Shown: positions 63,365 to 64,000 of the stretch, one piece after another | How positions within the stretch are numbered: the stretch's first letter is position 1 | Layout of the letters: each line of letters opens with the position of its first letter | Source: Nitrospirota bacterium | GTDB taxonomy: Bacteria; Nitrospirota; Nitrospiria; Nitrospirales; Nitrospiraceae | Assembly: GCA_963703955.1 (NCBI GenBank) | Contig: CAVPGK010000021.1 | Coordinates: forward strand, 32,001-96,000 | Direction of reading: 5' to 3' | DNA: 64,000 nt | Made by a program: the position numbers and the translations under genes | Notes under the pieces: model-generated | What the model was told of the DNA's origin: nothing | Database searches by the model: none | What the model saw: the letters and a program-made list of their open reading frames with translations, nothing else

Positions 63365-64000
63365 TTAGATTGAGGACTTGCTCTTAGAGGCGCCCGCTCC
63401 TGTCAGGTTCGTAATCATGTCCTTGAGGTTGCCGGTCTTCATCGCCTCTTCCATATACCCTTTGGCTTGCTCGATCCCTTCGTTGGCAACGTCGAGGGTA
63501 ATGGTCGTCGTCCCGATCTTGTCGGCGTGTTTCTGGATCAGCGCGCGTGTGCAGTCGCGCATGAATCCGGCGGGGGCCCGTTCCAGGCGCAGCTGGGCTT
63601 CGGGCGTCCAAGTATAAGGCGACGAAGGCGCGGTGCGCTCCTCGGAGCCATTCGTGGCCTCGCTCCCAAGCTCCTGCTTGCTCCCGTTGCCGTCCTTCAC
63701 CATCGTTTCGGCCGATGGATTGGTCCCGCTGCCCTTGTTGGCAAAGATCGGGGTGTATTCCTCCGACGCCGCCTCTTTGATCATGGGCGCCGCGTATTCC
63801 AAGGTAATCGTCGTCATGCCCAGCTTCCGTGCGCTCTTCTCGATCTTTGCTTTGGCGCGCCGGCGTTGGAATCCGGCCGGAACGGCCCGGATCGCTTCCT
63901 TCGCATCCTTGGTCCATGCATGGGGACATCGTCGTAGGCGATGTCCGTTTCCAGCGTGCCTTCCGCCTGCGCGGCCGCCTCGAAGATACTCTTATCAACC
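63365..64000 (-). CDS. 3' part of a protein with tandem PCP_red-like domains (5' partial, frameshift at ~63920)
   Basis: WTKDAKEAIRAVPAGFQRRRAKAKIEKSARKLGMTTIT and WTPEAQLRLERAPAGFMRDCTRALIQKHA. Confidence 0.7.

Overview
64 kb of a GC-rich bacterial chromosome, most likely Nitrospira (Nitrospirota); this is inferred from gene content and order, with no database search. 1-13.5 kb is accessory: two patatin-like phospholipases, a heme-enzyme cassette (unknown protein, DyP peroxidase, catalase-like protein) bracketed by a degenerate direct repeat, a decayed vapBC, and egtB-egtD followed by a betaine-type ABC transporter. 13.8-21.1 kb is a 7.3-kb tyrosine-integrase island in tRNA-Cys. Unusually, it duplicates the 5' half of the tRNA, leaving the apparent native promoter on the half-gene. 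It also carries a second integrase/tRNA-Ser 5'-half remnant and a glycosylation cassette. 21-54 kb is core genome: ispG, dxs, two outer-membrane barrels, mlaCDFE-like genes, hpnG, shc, smc, ispH, phoBR-like genes, pit, fabH, bamD, system II cytochrome c maturation, metK and ahcY. 54.6-57.8 kb is an AT-richer putative nuclease gene split by a complete IS1380-family element. The right end holds a V4R/GAF histidine kinase and a radical SAM/PCP_red-domain locus. A family of covarying ~100-nt hairpins recurs in intergenic spaces. About ten single-base frameshifts, including in smc and metK, suggest long-read indel errors, so pseudogene calls need caution.
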